Below, in pieces: positions 1 through 9,167 of a DNA stretch of 64,000 nucleotides. Numbering within the stretch: position 1 is the first letter of the stretch; each line of letters starts with the position of its first letter. The position numbers and the translations under genes are program-made. The stretch spans positions 124,001 to 188,000 of the IMG/VR virus record IMGVR_UViG_3300032287_004484. One strand, written 5' to 3'. The notes beneath the pieces are model-generated. The model ran no database searches. It had not been told where the DNA came from and worked only from the letters and a program-made list of their open reading frames with translations.

Positions 1-2
1 GT

Positions 3-254
3 GATTTCTTTTTTTTCATTCATAATGAAACAATCAAAAATACTATTAAGATATTTATCGTGATTTTTAACATGATTAAAGTTTTCAAAATCTGATATAA
101 GCGCAATATTATATTGATCTTTAAATTTTGTTAACCAATAAGTATAAGTTATATATGAATGTTTTGATGCGTTCCTTAAATTAAAGGGTGCGCCAAAACC
201 AACTACAATAGTTTTTTTATTTTGATTAAAAGAATTCTTTTTCTCAAATCTCAT
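3..254 (-). CDS. Partial ORF running off the window edge, possibly a glycosyltransferase N-terminus
   Basis: Not in the ORF track. ATG at 254 overlaps the upstream TGA (ATGA) and reads MRFEKKNSFNQNKKTIVVGFGAPFNLRN... open to the edge. Product call rests only on context. Confidence 0.6.
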   Translation of the reverse strand, partial: MRFEKKNSFNQNKKTIVVGFGAPFNLRNASKHSYITYTYWLTKFKDQYNIALISDFENFNHVKNHDKYLNSIFDCFIMNEKKEI

Positions 255-1246
255 TCTTTATTTTCCTTATTAAATTGTTTTTCAATCCATTTAAAAGTTT
301 TTTTCATTCCATCTTCTAATTTAGTTGAAGGTTCCCAATTTAATAATTCTTTAATTAAAGTATTATCACTATTACGACTCTTAACACCTTGTGGAGCACT
401 AACATTATAAATATAAGTTGAATCTATAATATCAGTTTTAGAAATTTTCATTGCTAAATCATGCAAATATTGAATAGTAACTCCTTGACTAGAACCTAAA
501 TTAACTGGACCTTGAATTTTATTATTTATTAATTTATGTATTCCAACAATTGCATCTTCTATGTACATAAAAGATCTTCGTTGTTTACCATCTCCCCAAA
601 TTTCAACATGATCTTTTTTCATATTAATATATTCAATAATTTTTCTAATTGAAGCAGCTGGAGCTTTTTCTTTTCCATCTTTCCAAGATCCATGAGGTCC
701 ATAAACATTATGAAAACGAGCAATCGTAACTGGAACTCCAAATTCTTTATTAAGATAACGATAAAGTTCTTCACAATATAATTTATTTAATCCATACATT
801 AAATCAGGATGTGCTGGCCACGCATCACTTTCTTTTAACATAATATCTTTAGAATCATCAGTTTGAAGAGAATCGTTATAGACACAAGCAGATGAAGAGA
901 AAAAAACATGTGGCTTATTCTCACTTTTTAAAATACTTTCTATTAAATTAATATGAATCTTTCCTGATAATCCAGTTAAAAGATGATTATGTTCGCAATA
1001 TCCGATTCCACCCATATCCTCAGCTAGGTTATAAATAATATTAACACCTTGAGTAACTGAGTCAGTAATTTGAGGATTGACCATATCTCCTTTTTTACCA
1101 TGATAATTATCAGCTTCTTTAAATCTTTGATACCATTCATTTTTTGGTTTTTTATCATAAGCTTTAACTTCGTAACCTAAATCTAGACAGCTTTTAACAA
1201 GATGTCCACCTATAAATCCACCTGCTCCGCAAACAGAAACTTTCAT
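251..1246 (-). CDS. NAD-dependent epimerase, GDP-mannose 3,5-epimerase-like
   Basis: GAGGFIG, DMGGIG, SSSACVY, YGLNK, RFHNVYGP, GKEKAPAA motifs; AAGGAG RBS. Confidence 0.85.
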   Translation of the reverse strand: MKVSVCGAGGFIGGHLVKSCLDLGYEVKAYDKKPKNEWYQRFKEADNYHGKKGDMVNPQITDSVTQGVNIIYNLAEDMGGIGYCEHNHLLTGLSGKIHINLIESILKSENKPHVFFSSSACVYNDSLQTDDSKDIMLKESDAWPAHPDLMYGLNKLYCEELYRYLNKEFGVPVTIARFHNVYGPHGSWKDGKEKAPAASIRKIIEYINMKKDHVEIWGDGKQRRSFMYIEDAIVGIHKLINNKIQGPVNLGSSQGVTIQYLHDLAMKISKTDIIDSTYIYNVSAPQGVKSRNSDNTLIKELLNWEPSTKLEDGMKKTFKWIEKQFNKENKE

Positions 1247-1329
1247 TTTTTCTCCTTATATTTCGTAAAAGTTATCACTATATTAAATAATTTTATTAAT
1301 ACTTTTTTCTTATGTTTATCTTTTTCATA

Positions 1330-1593
1330 TTATAATTTAGTTTTTTTTGAATTAAAAAAAGCACTAGACGTTGAATTAGAAGCGCTACTATTATAAGTTG
1401 GACTTGATGTAAATATATTATCAACATTTAAAAAAGGTTGTGAGGTTCCAGTATATGTACTTTTATTATTAACATATTGATCAACATAAGGCACTATTGG
1501 TTTTTCTTCTTCTACTAAAATACAAAATTCATCAACATTTATTAATTCATCTTTGAATAATTTAAGAAGAATTTTAATTTTTTCTTTATTCAT
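1330..1593 (-). CDS. Hypothetical protein
   Basis: 87 aa ORF overlapping the upstream gene end in an operon. Confidence 0.6.
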   Translation of the reverse strand: MNKEKIKILLKLFKDELINVDEFCILVEEEKPIVPYVDQYVNNKSTYTGTSQPFLNVDNIFTSSPTYNSSASNSTSSAFFNSKKTKL

Positions 1594-2542
1594 GTTTTTT
1601 CATCTCATTATTATAATATAAATATTTTATTTTAGTTATTTCTGGTAATAAATCGTGAATTGATTCTTTTTCTAGTTTGATAGTATTCTCATATCCCCAA
1701 ACTTCATTTTTTAAATCTTTAATTAAATCATGTTCATTTCTTTGCTGATGAACCGTAATTTTATTAAAAATTATTTTTTGTCTTAAATTAACAAGATTTT
1801 GTAATAAGTATGCTCCCCATATATCATCATATCTTCCAATATTACATAACATCATATATTTAGATATAAGACTTCTATGAATAAAAGTATTCTGAGAATT
1901 AAATGGAGTGAATTGATATGTTGTAAAAGGTCCATCATAAAAAGAATCGTATTCATTATATTTCCAATCAGGAGAATTAGATAATCTACAGATTGCCGAT
2001 ATATCTGGATCTCCACTCCATAAATCAGCTTGAATTAACGGGATAGTCTCTACTTTTTCTTCTAATTTAATTTTTCTTTTATTTAAAAGTTGTTCTGGAA
2101 AGCCACGGTGCCAGGTTCTTTCTGTACCTTTTGTATAAGTAAAAATAGGATCAAAAAAGAATTCATTTGTAGAGTAGCAAGGAACTTTTATTTTTTTACC
2201 AACTAAAACATTTTTTCCCCAATCTGGATATGGAATATTATCATCGTCAACAGTAGCAAAAATTTCGTATTTTTTAGGATCTTGTAGAGCATACCAAAAA
2301 CCAAAATTTCTTCTCTGAATATTATTCCAACCTAAAACATCACTTAATTCTTTATTATAGTGAATTTGAGAATATGAAGAAAGATATGTTACGTGTTTTT
2401 TATCTTTAAAAGTATCTTGAAATTCTTTATCAGGAGTTTTTAAATCACCTACTATAACTAAATCCCATCCTTCAATTTCACTAAATTTTATAAGAGCCTC
2501 TGTTGGCGGATTAATTGTTGTTGTAACTATTACTTTATTCAT
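1586..2542 (-). CDS. RGP/STELLO-like protein (UDP-arabinopyranose mutase / GT75-related)
   Basis: IVTTTIN, VGDLKTP, RRNFGF, VDDDN, FNSQNT, GRYDDIWG motifs; start moved to the ATG overlapping the upstream TGA. Confidence 0.75.
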   Translation of the reverse strand: MNKVIVTTTINPPTEALIKFSEIEGWDLVIVGDLKTPDKEFQDTFKDKKHVTYLSSYSQIHYNKELSDVLGWNNIQRRNFGFWYALQDPKKYEIFATVDDDNIPYPDWGKNVLVGKKIKVPCYSTNEFFFDPIFTYTKGTERTWHRGFPEQLLNKRKIKLEEKVETIPLIQADLWSGDPDISAICRLSNSPDWKYNEYDSFYDGPFTTYQFTPFNSQNTFIHRSLISKYMMLCNIGRYDDIWGAYLLQNLVNLRQKIIFNKITVHQQRNEHDLIKDLKNEVWGYENTIKLEKESIHDLLPEITKIKYLYYNNEMKKHE

Positions 2543-3831
2543 ATTCTTATTCCCCATTTTGTATTAGATAAATAACTATTAACTGTGTTAGTTAAAAAAG
2601 AACCATCTGGACCATCAGACATTTCGTTATAAAGTTCTTCTAATAATTTATATCTCATTTCTGGATTAGCTTCTAACTGTTCTATTTTTTGATACATTTC
2701 TTCTGGTTTTGAAACTCTTAAAAAAGATGGTACTGGCTGATTTTGTTGAACATCATAAGAATCAGGTATAAATGGTATTGTTCCTCTACTAGCAACAATC
2801 CAAGGTTTACTTGTAGCCCAACCATAATTAGTAGGCATAATTACTGTATATCTTGTATTTCTCATAATATCGTATAACTCATCAGTGCTTTTTACAAAAC
2901 CCTTAAATCTGGGATCACCTAAAGTTCTTGATTCATGCCAATAACCATAAATAGAATTTTCTTTATTAATGTCTGGATCTAAAACCCATCTTTTTAATTC
3001 CATATATCTAAAATCTTCTACTGGATTAAGAGCATCTGATTCTAATTGAGCTGAAATAACGGAGAATTTAAAAGTCTTTTCTCTTCTAAAATCACTATCA
3101 AGATTAACGTCAATTAAATCTATTTTTTCAATTCCATCATAAGTGCTATCCCAATTTTGTATTTCTTGAATAGGAGGTGGACCAAATTTAACAACTCTTT
3201 TCCAAACATGTTTTCCATTAGCTTGAGAAAGGAACCTTACTGGTGGATTAGTAATTTCTCTTGGATAGATTTGATGACGAAAGTGTCTTGGATCAGTACA
3301 GAGAATAAAATATGGAAATGGTTTATAATTAGAAAGAAAAGCACATAAAGGAGCAGTGTATCTAACATTCATTGCTCTTGGAACAGCGATTCCTTCTTGT
3401 CTTAATTTTGGCATATAATATGGAATAGAAACAGATGAATTAGAACCTTGACTCATAAAAAAGAATCCTAAATCTATTTCTAAATTAGCAGTCTTTAATC
3501 CATCAATTATTTTTTGACAACAACCCATTACTAAATCATAGTGTTCTGGTTTAGTAAAACTTTCTTTTGGATCTACAGGTGGCTTATATCCTATATCTCT
3601 TCCTAAAACGATCTTATTTTCTGGATCGATTTCTTTGACATGAGATAAATTTCTTTTTAAATCTTTTTCAGAAGAAGAAATTAAAATTATTTTTTTTACT
3701 GATTTTAATTTTAATAACCATAATAATGTTTTATAATAATCACTTTGTCCTGTATAACCTTGGTCACGACTACCAAACATCATCATTGAACCTAAAATAC
3801 CTAATACAACTGTTAAATCTTGATCTTTCAT
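2539..3831 (-). CDS. GT-B glycosyltransferase, T4 DNA beta-glucosyltransferase-like
   Basis: ILCTDPR, WATSKPW, IPFIPDSYD and FLRVSKPEEMYQKIEQL resemble the T4 BGT C-terminal half as recalled; GAGGAG RBS. Confidence 0.55.
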   Translation of the reverse strand: MKDQDLTVVLGILGSMMMFGSRDQGYTGQSDYYKTLLWLLKLKSVKKIILISSSEKDLKRNLSHVKEIDPENKIVLGRDIGYKPPVDPKESFTKPEHYDLVMGCCQKIIDGLKTANLEIDLGFFFMSQGSNSSVSIPYYMPKLRQEGIAVPRAMNVRYTAPLCAFLSNYKPFPYFILCTDPRHFRHQIYPREITNPPVRFLSQANGKHVWKRVVKFGPPPIQEIQNWDSTYDGIEKIDLIDVNLDSDFRREKTFKFSVISAQLESDALNPVEDFRYMELKRWVLDPDINKENSIYGYWHESRTLGDPRFKGFVKSTDELYDIMRNTRYTVIMPTNYGWATSKPWIVASRGTIPFIPDSYDVQQNQPVPSFLRVSKPEEMYQKIEQLEANPEMRYKLLEELYNEMSDGPDGSFLTNTVNSYLSNTKWGIRI

Positions 3832-3891
3832 ATGCTCCTCTACATTTATTATTATATTCTATTGTATATAAAAATAATAAAAAGGTTTAAA

Positions 3892-4242
3892 TTATTTTTC
3901 AATATTACTAGTGACTTCTACTATTTCAACAGTAGGATCATTAAATAATTCAATAAAACATGTACCTCTATAACGACCACTATCCCATCTCATAGTTATT
4001 TCCCACCATTGATTATTAGAATTTTTTTCAAAGAATTGACTTGTTGTTACAGGTAAAGAAAACTTCTTACATATTTCTTCTGCTACATCTTCAATAAATC
4101 TTAAATCGTCTTCTGACTTTGTATGAAATATCACCCATTTTTTTAAAGATTCATTTTTACCCTTTTTTACATTTTTTGATATTATTTCAAAATTATACTC
4201 TCTATTAATACCATGCATATCAACTAAATTAAATTTTTCCAT
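3892..4242 (-). CDS. Hypothetical protein
   Basis: 116 aa ORF, TATAAT 8 nt upstream. Confidence 0.65.
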   Translation of the reverse strand: MEKFNLVDMHGINREYNFEIISKNVKKGKNESLKKWVIFHTKSEDDLRFIEDVAEEICKKFSLPVTTSQFFEKNSNNQWWEITMRWDSGRYRGTCFIELFNDPTVEIVEVTSNIEK

Positions 4243-4285
4243 ATAAAAGTATTATATTGTTTTAAAAATAAAAAAAGGAGATTTT

Positions 4286-4498
4286 ATGTTTATAAAAGAA
4301 ATGACTATTGGTGAAGCGTTAGAGGTTCATCCCGAAGTTGGAATGGTTTTATCTGCTTACCACCTCGGTGGATGTTCGCATTGTTCTGTAAATGAGGTAG
4401 AAACTATCGAGCAAGTTTGTGAAGGATATGGAGTTGATGTTGATGAATTATTATGCTCTATGAATTCACTATTAAATGAAGATGAACAATTAGATTAA
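4286..4498 (+). CDS. DUF1858 / hybrid-cluster-associated redox disulfide domain protein
   Basis: MTIGEALEVHPE, GCSHC, ETIEQVCEGYGVD; AAGGAG RBS. Confidence 0.85.
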   Translation: MFIKEMTIGEALEVHPEVGMVLSAYHLGGCSHCSVNEVETIEQVCEGYGVDVDELLCSMNSLLNEDEQLD

Positions 4499-5038
4499 AA
4501 TTTCTTTTAATTGTTTTATAGTATCTTTACTATTAAGGTGGAGAATTGATTTTCCACCTTTTTCTTTAAATTCATCACAATTAGATTTTAAATCATCAAT
4601 TAAAATAGAATTTGAGTTAGCATATAGTTTTTTATCACTTTTTTTATTAACAAAATTAATATGATCAGTATCTAAGTATTGTGAAACATTATTTTTTTCT
4701 AACCAATTCTTTTTTTGTTGACTAAAATCTTCATAATTTTCTTTTCTAGCCGTAGAAGATAAAATTCCTAATTTAAAATTATATTCCTTTTTTAATTCAA
4801 AAATATTTTCAATTAATGAATTTTCTTCTAATACATCTAAAGTTTCAAATAATTTTTCTTTTTTAATTAAATCCCAAATTTTTTGTTTTTGATCTTCAGT
4901 TAAATTATGTTTTTTGATAATTTCTTTTTTCATTTTTTCAAAATCAGCAAGTACACCATCCATATCTAAATAAATGATGTACTGATCTAATTTTTTACTT
5001 TCTAAAATAGTATCTAAATATTTTTTAAAGATTGACAT
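4490..5038 (-). CDS. HAD-family 5'(3')-deoxyribonucleotidase-like protein with N-terminal leader
   Basis: YLDMDGVLADF, ILSS, KKNWL, ILIDD motifs; starts MSIFKKYLDTILE. Confidence 0.85.
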   Translation of the reverse strand: MSIFKKYLDTILESKKLDQYIIYLDMDGVLADFEKMKKEIIKKHNLTEDQKQKIWDLIKKEKLFETLDVLEENSLIENIFELKKEYNFKLGILSSTARKENYEDFSQQKKNWLEKNNVSQYLDTDHINFVNKKSDKKLYANSNSILIDDLKSNCDEFKEKGGKSILHLNSKDTIKQLKEILI

Positions 5039-5041
5039 CTA

Positions 5042-5743
5042 TTAAGAAAACTGTGAATATATTTTTTTAAATTTTTGTATTTCTTTATCGTTTAAATTTA
5101 ATTCTTGTAATACTCCATCTTCATTATAACTATTTAAAATCTCTTCTATAGAAAAATTATAATTATTAACGTTATCATCAATTTCCATAATAAGATCTTC
5201 TGCATTATCCCATTTTTTTCCAATAACATTTACAATATATTTTATAGTTATTCTTGGATCTTTTAAAATAGAATTTTCTAACGATTTTTTAAAATCAGAT
5301 TCAATTTTTTTCTTATTCTCATAAAAAGAATATAAATAAGATAAAGATATACTATTAGATATATCACTTTTTTGTTCATCAGTTAATGCTTCTTTTTGTT
5401 TAGCTATTTTATCTATATTTTGTTCATTAATTTTACTATCAATTGTTTGACTATGCACCATTTGAATTTGTTTTAAATATTCTTTATAATCTTTATTGGA
5501 CAAAGTTTTTGTTTTATTTTTTTCTTTATCTTCGTCTTGTAATTTTTTTAAAGATTCTTCATCAGAAAGTGGTTCAGATTCTGGTTGATACGGTGTTGTT
5601 TCAATTCTATAATCTTTATCACGATATTGCCATCCTGGCTTAACGGTTGGTTTATTTGATCCGCCCCTAGGAGCTCTTATATCTCTAATTTTATCCCCAA
5701 CTGCTTCTTGAATTATCGTTAAATATTTATTAAATAGTGACAT
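5042..5743 (-). CDS. Hypothetical protein with N-terminal leader (putative internal head protein)
   Basis: Starts MSLFNKYLTIIQE. Confidence 0.7.
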   Translation of the reverse strand: MSLFNKYLTIIQEAVGDKIRDIRAPRGGSNKPTVKPGWQYRDKDYRIETTPYQPESEPLSDEESLKKLQDEDKEKNKTKTLSNKDYKEYLKQIQMVHSQTIDSKINEQNIDKIAKQKEALTDEQKSDISNSISLSYLYSFYENKKKIESDFKKSLENSILKDPRITIKYIVNVIGKKWDNAEDLIMEIDDNVNNYNFSIEEILNSYNEDGVLQELNLNDKEIQKFKKIYSQFS

Positions 5744-5804
5744 GCTTTTATCCTAATGATTTAATATAATATTTTTACAATAACTCCGTAAAAAATTCTT
5801 TTTT

Positions 5805-6545
5805 TTATGGAGTCCAATCACCGCCCATTCTTTTTTTAATAGCTTTAACATAATTACTAGCTTCTAATAAAGAATCATAATTACCGCAATCAAACCAAGA
5901 ACAATCTATTTCTACAATATTTAGACGATCCTCATCAGCATATAAATTAGATAGTTCAGCAATTTCTGTTTCTCCTCTTGAAGATGGTTTTAGTGAATTA
6001 ACTTTTTCTAAAACATCACTTGGATAATAATAAAAACCAGGAACAGCTAAATTACCAATGTATTCTTTTGGTTTTTCAACTATTCTTCGAGTGTCTTTAT
6101 GTATTACTCCATATTGAGAAGGATCAAAGACTCTTAATCCAGTGATCATTGCTTTATTTTGAGAAATAGATTCTTCTAATTCTTTTTTTATTTGATGAGT
6201 AAAATTAAAAAATAAATTATCGCCTAAAATAAGGATAGCTCCATCTCCTTTTAACCATTTCTTTTCTTCTACTATTTTAAAAGCATCTGGTAGTCCAGTG
6301 GGTGTATCTTGAATGAAATAACGATCTATATTAGAACTAAATACATCTCTAAAATCAGAAAAAAAATCATTTTTACAAATAAGAGAAATTCTTTCTACTC
6401 CTAAAGCTTTTAAAACTTGAAATGGATACCACACCATTGGTTGATCATATACTGGTAATAATTGTTTTGATGTGTATTTTGTAAAATTAGAAAGACGAGT
6501 GCCATTTCCGCCGGCTAAAATAATTGCTGATAAATTGTGTTCCAT
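5805..6545 (-). CDS. rmlA: Glucose-1-phosphate thymidylyltransferase
   Basis: LAGGNGTRL, SKQLLPVYDQPM, LGDN, VEKP, SSRGETEI, WFDCG. Confidence 0.9.
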   Translation of the reverse strand: MEHNLSAIILAGGNGTRLSNFTKYTSKQLLPVYDQPMVWYPFQVLKALGVERISLICKNDFFSDFRDVFSSNIDRYFIQDTPTGLPDAFKIVEEKKWLKGDGAILILGDNLFFNFTHQIKKELEESISQNKAMITGLRVFDPSQYGVIHKDTRRIVEKPKEYIGNLAVPGFYYYPSDVLEKVNSLKPSSRGETEIAELSNLYADEDRLNIVEIDCSWFDCGNYDSLLEASNYVKAIKKRMGGDWTP

Positions 6546-6590
6546 ATTATTAATATATTATTAAAAAAAAAATAATGTTTATTTTTATAT

Positions 6591-6601
6591 CATAAATATA
6601 T
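6591..6601 (+). promoter_or_regulatory. Putative T4-type late promoter CATAAATATAT
   Basis: Same 11-mer at 9150-9160(-) and 23489-23499(-); CTAAATATAT at 23933-23942(-) and 48127-48136(+); resembles T4 TATAAATA. Confidence 0.5.
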
Positions 6602-6625
6602 TTTATAAAAAATAAGGAGAAAAAA

Positions 6626-6835
6626 ATGTCTCAATTTAATAAATATCTAAATATAGTGCAAGAGGCATCTTATGCTGATACAGAAAAAGCTAATGATCCG
6701 AAGCGTTTTGAAGATACTAGGAAGGCTTCTAAAGATAAGCGAGGATTTGTTAGAAACCCTAATAGTGAAACTAATTCTCAAAAAATAGAAAGATTAAAAA
6801 AAGAAGAAGAAGAAAAGAAAAAACAAAGAAGATAA
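6626..6835 (+). CDS. Small charged protein with N-terminal leader (putative internal head protein)
   Basis: Starts MSQFNKYLNIVQE; AAGGAG RBS; CATAAATATAT upstream. Confidence 0.75.
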   Translation: MSQFNKYLNIVQEASYADTEKANDPKRFEDTRKASKDKRGFVRNPNSETNSQKIERLKKEEEEKKKQRR

Positions 6836-6837
6836 TA

Positions 6838-7836
6838 TTACATCCATTCTTTATTTTTAAGAGTCCAATCTACTAAATGTTTCAACCCTTCTTCAAAAGA
6901 GAAGGGTGGAATCCAGCCTAAAGATCTTAAAAGAGCATCATTAATTCCATATTTTCGATCATATCCAGGACGAACTTTAGAATCGTCAATGGTATCTATT
7001 GGATAAACATTTATATTCATTATATTAGCAATTTTTTGAATTAATTCTAAATTATTAATTGAATCATTACCAGCAACATTAAATTTAAGAGGAGTTTCAA
7101 GAAAATTTTTTTTCTCGTAAAAAACTGGATCTACTTTATTATCTATAAATATAAGAGCATCACTTAAATTTCTACAATCTAAATAAACTCTTGATCCTAC
7201 TTTTCCACCAGAAGTATATACTGGTATAGTTTTACCTTGACTAAGGTATGAAATTGTTTTAGGTATCATTTTTTCTGGATTCTGCCTCTTACCGAACATG
7301 TTCATGCAATGAATTATAATACTTGGTATTCTATATGTTCTCCAATAAGAAAAGATTATATTATCTTGAGCTGCTTTACTAGCACTATAAGGATTACTAG
7401 GGTGATACTCCCACCCTTCTCGATGGAGATCATCTCCAAAGACTTCTCCATAAACCTCATCAGTAGATAGATGAATAAATTTAGATGGATTTATTTTTCT
7501 TACAAAATCTAAAACGCTTAGTATTAATTGAACATTATTATTAATAATATCATCTGGAGATTCGACTGATGTTGCTACACTAGAATCACTAGCAATAGAA
7601 AATACAGTATCTATGTGTCCTATTTTAGAAATTAAAGTTTCACTAAATGGAACTCTTAAATCATGTCTAAAATTAGTATAATTAGGATGATTATTAAAAA
7701 TTAATCTTTGAGAATCACCTTTTCTAGTTAGTGAATCAATTCCTATAACTTGGTATCCTCTACTGAGGAGATCTTCAACTAAGTGATGTCCAACAAAACC
7801 AGAACTACCAGTAACTAAAACTTTTTTTATATCCAT
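6838..7836 (-). CDS. rmlB: dTDP-glucose 4,6-dehydratase
   Basis: GSSGFVG, STDEVYG, PSNPYSASK, QNPEKMIP, RPGYDRKY. Confidence 0.88.
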   Translation of the reverse strand: MDIKKVLVTGSSGFVGHHLVEDLLSRGYQVIGIDSLTRKGDSQRLIFNNHPNYTNFRHDLRVPFSETLISKIGHIDTVFSIASDSSVATSVESPDDIINNNVQLILSVLDFVRKINPSKFIHLSTDEVYGEVFGDDLHREGWEYHPSNPYSASKAAQDNIIFSYWRTYRIPSIIIHCMNMFGKRQNPEKMIPKTISYLSQGKTIPVYTSGGKVGSRVYLDCRNLSDALIFIDNKVDPVFYEKKNFLETPLKFNVAGNDSINNLELIQKIANIMNINVYPIDTIDDSKVRPGYDRKYGINDALLRSLGWIPPFSFEEGLKHLVDWTLKNKEWM

Positions 7837-7841
7837 ATTTA

Positions 7842-7904
7842 ATTATACTCAAAAAAGATAATTAATGTTTATAATTAAACATAAAAATAAAAAGTAAATA
7901 AAAT
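7842..7904. promoter_or_regulatory. Back-to-back divergent promoters of the TAAACA class
   Basis: Minus strand TAAACA(7871-7866)-N18-TATAAT-N5-ATG of rmlB; plus strand TAAACA(7876-7881)-N17-TAAAAT. Confidence 0.6.
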
Positions 7905-7912
7905 TACTATGT

Positions 7913-8419
7913 ATGAGTGAAAAAAGTTTTTTTGAAGAAATTATTATTGAGGAACATGGAGTGAGACCAGTTTATTTAATAGTGTTTTTCATATTTTGTG
8001 AGTCCATTATTGCTCTTACAAGTTATGTTACTTCACCAGTTGCAAGATTACATGTCGAACCTAATATAAGTTCAGAATCAATCGCTTTATCAAAAGGAAC
8101 TGTAGTTAATAAAATTGGTGAAAAGGATATGTTTATTAAAGTTACTACTGATGGAAAAGAAGGATATGTTAATAAACTATTTTTATCAGATAATCCGCCT
8201 TCTGGTAAAGTTTCTTTTTCATCAGATATTGATCAGTCTACATCTATTAAAGCTCGCGCTAGAGCATCTAATTTTACTCAAACAGCCGCTGCGAGAGGTT
8301 TTAGTGAATCTCAAATTCTAAGAACAAGAGGCGGTGCTAACGATTATGATATGGATTCTATTAGATGGTTAGAATCTATTAAAATAGATGAAGAAGAAAT
8401 TAAAAAATTTAATAACTAA
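7913..8419 (+). CDS. Secreted SH3-domain protein
   Basis: Hydrophobic signal-like segment (true start may be the GTG of VRPVYLIVFF), SH3b-like IKVTTDGKEGYV, ARARASNFTQTAAARG. Confidence 0.7.
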   Translation: MSEKSFFEEIIIEEHGVRPVYLIVFFIFCESIIALTSYVTSPVARLHVEPNISSESIALSKGTVVNKIGEKDMFIKVTTDGKEGYVNKLFLSDNPPSGKVSFSSDIDQSTSIKARARASNFTQTAAARGFSESQILRTRGGANDYDMDSIRWLESIKIDEEEIKKFNN

Positions 8420-9144
8420 ATTTGATCTTTAATTGATTCCATTTTAAAAGTTAAAAAAATATAAAAATCTTCAAAATTAAGAAAACGATCTGGATAAATA
8501 ATTTCTGAACAATTATAAGTTATTATTCTATTTAGATTAGCCATTCCTTTTTTATAAAAAACTATCACTGGAAAATTATTTTGAAAAACAAATTTTAGTA
8601 ATCCTTTTTTAAAGGGATTAGGTTTATCACTAAAAGATCTTTCTCCTTCTGGCATAAATCCTATATTACAGTATTTTAAATAATCTTCAGCCTCATCAAT
8701 AGATTCTTTAATTCTTACACCATCTTTTAAAAGAATCCCCGCTTTTTGAAGAAAAAAATAAAGAAGTCCACTACGGTACATCGCTTTATCAAAAAGAAAA
8801 GCACAATTACCTTCTAATGGATCAAAAGGATATTCAAATTCATTAACGTGATTAAATATTACTATATGTCCATTTTTAGGAATCATATTTTTTGGATATC
8901 TTCTATATATAAAAATTAAAAGAAAAATTCTACAAACTATATTCCAAATTTTTAAAAAGAAAAATAAAAACACTATATTTATCTTTTTAAAATCTTTTCT
9001 TTTTAAGAATGGTAATATCGATATAAAATATAAAAAACCTATTATTGTTCCACTTAAATAAACTACTAATGAATAATAAATTCTTTTTATTATTGAATCT
9101 TTTCTTGAATTTAAATTAGGTGAATCACCTTTATAAACGATCAT
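8416..9144 (-). CDS. PlsC-like lysophospholipid acyltransferase
   Basis: N-terminal TM segments, IFNH, MPEGERS, FKKG. Confidence 0.75.
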   Translation of the reverse strand: MIVYKGDSPNLNSRKDSIIKRIYYSLVVYLSGTIIGFLYFISILPFLKRKDFKKINIVFLFFFLKIWNIVCRIFLLIFIYRRYPKNMIPKNGHIVIFNHVNEFEYPFDPLEGNCAFLFDKAMYRSGLLYFFLQKAGILLKDGVRIKESIDEAEDYLKYCNIGFMPEGERSFSDKPNPFKKGLLKFVFQNNFPVIVFYKKGMANLNRIITYNCSEIIYPDRFLNFEDFYIFLTFKMESIKDQI

Positions 9145-9167
9145 ATAAAATATATTTATGTTTTTTT

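Noticed and set aside
7913-7960. MSEKSFFEEIIIEE as another capsid leader
   Set aside because: Lacks the Y-L core and precedes a signal-peptide-like segment; the true start may be the downstream GTG
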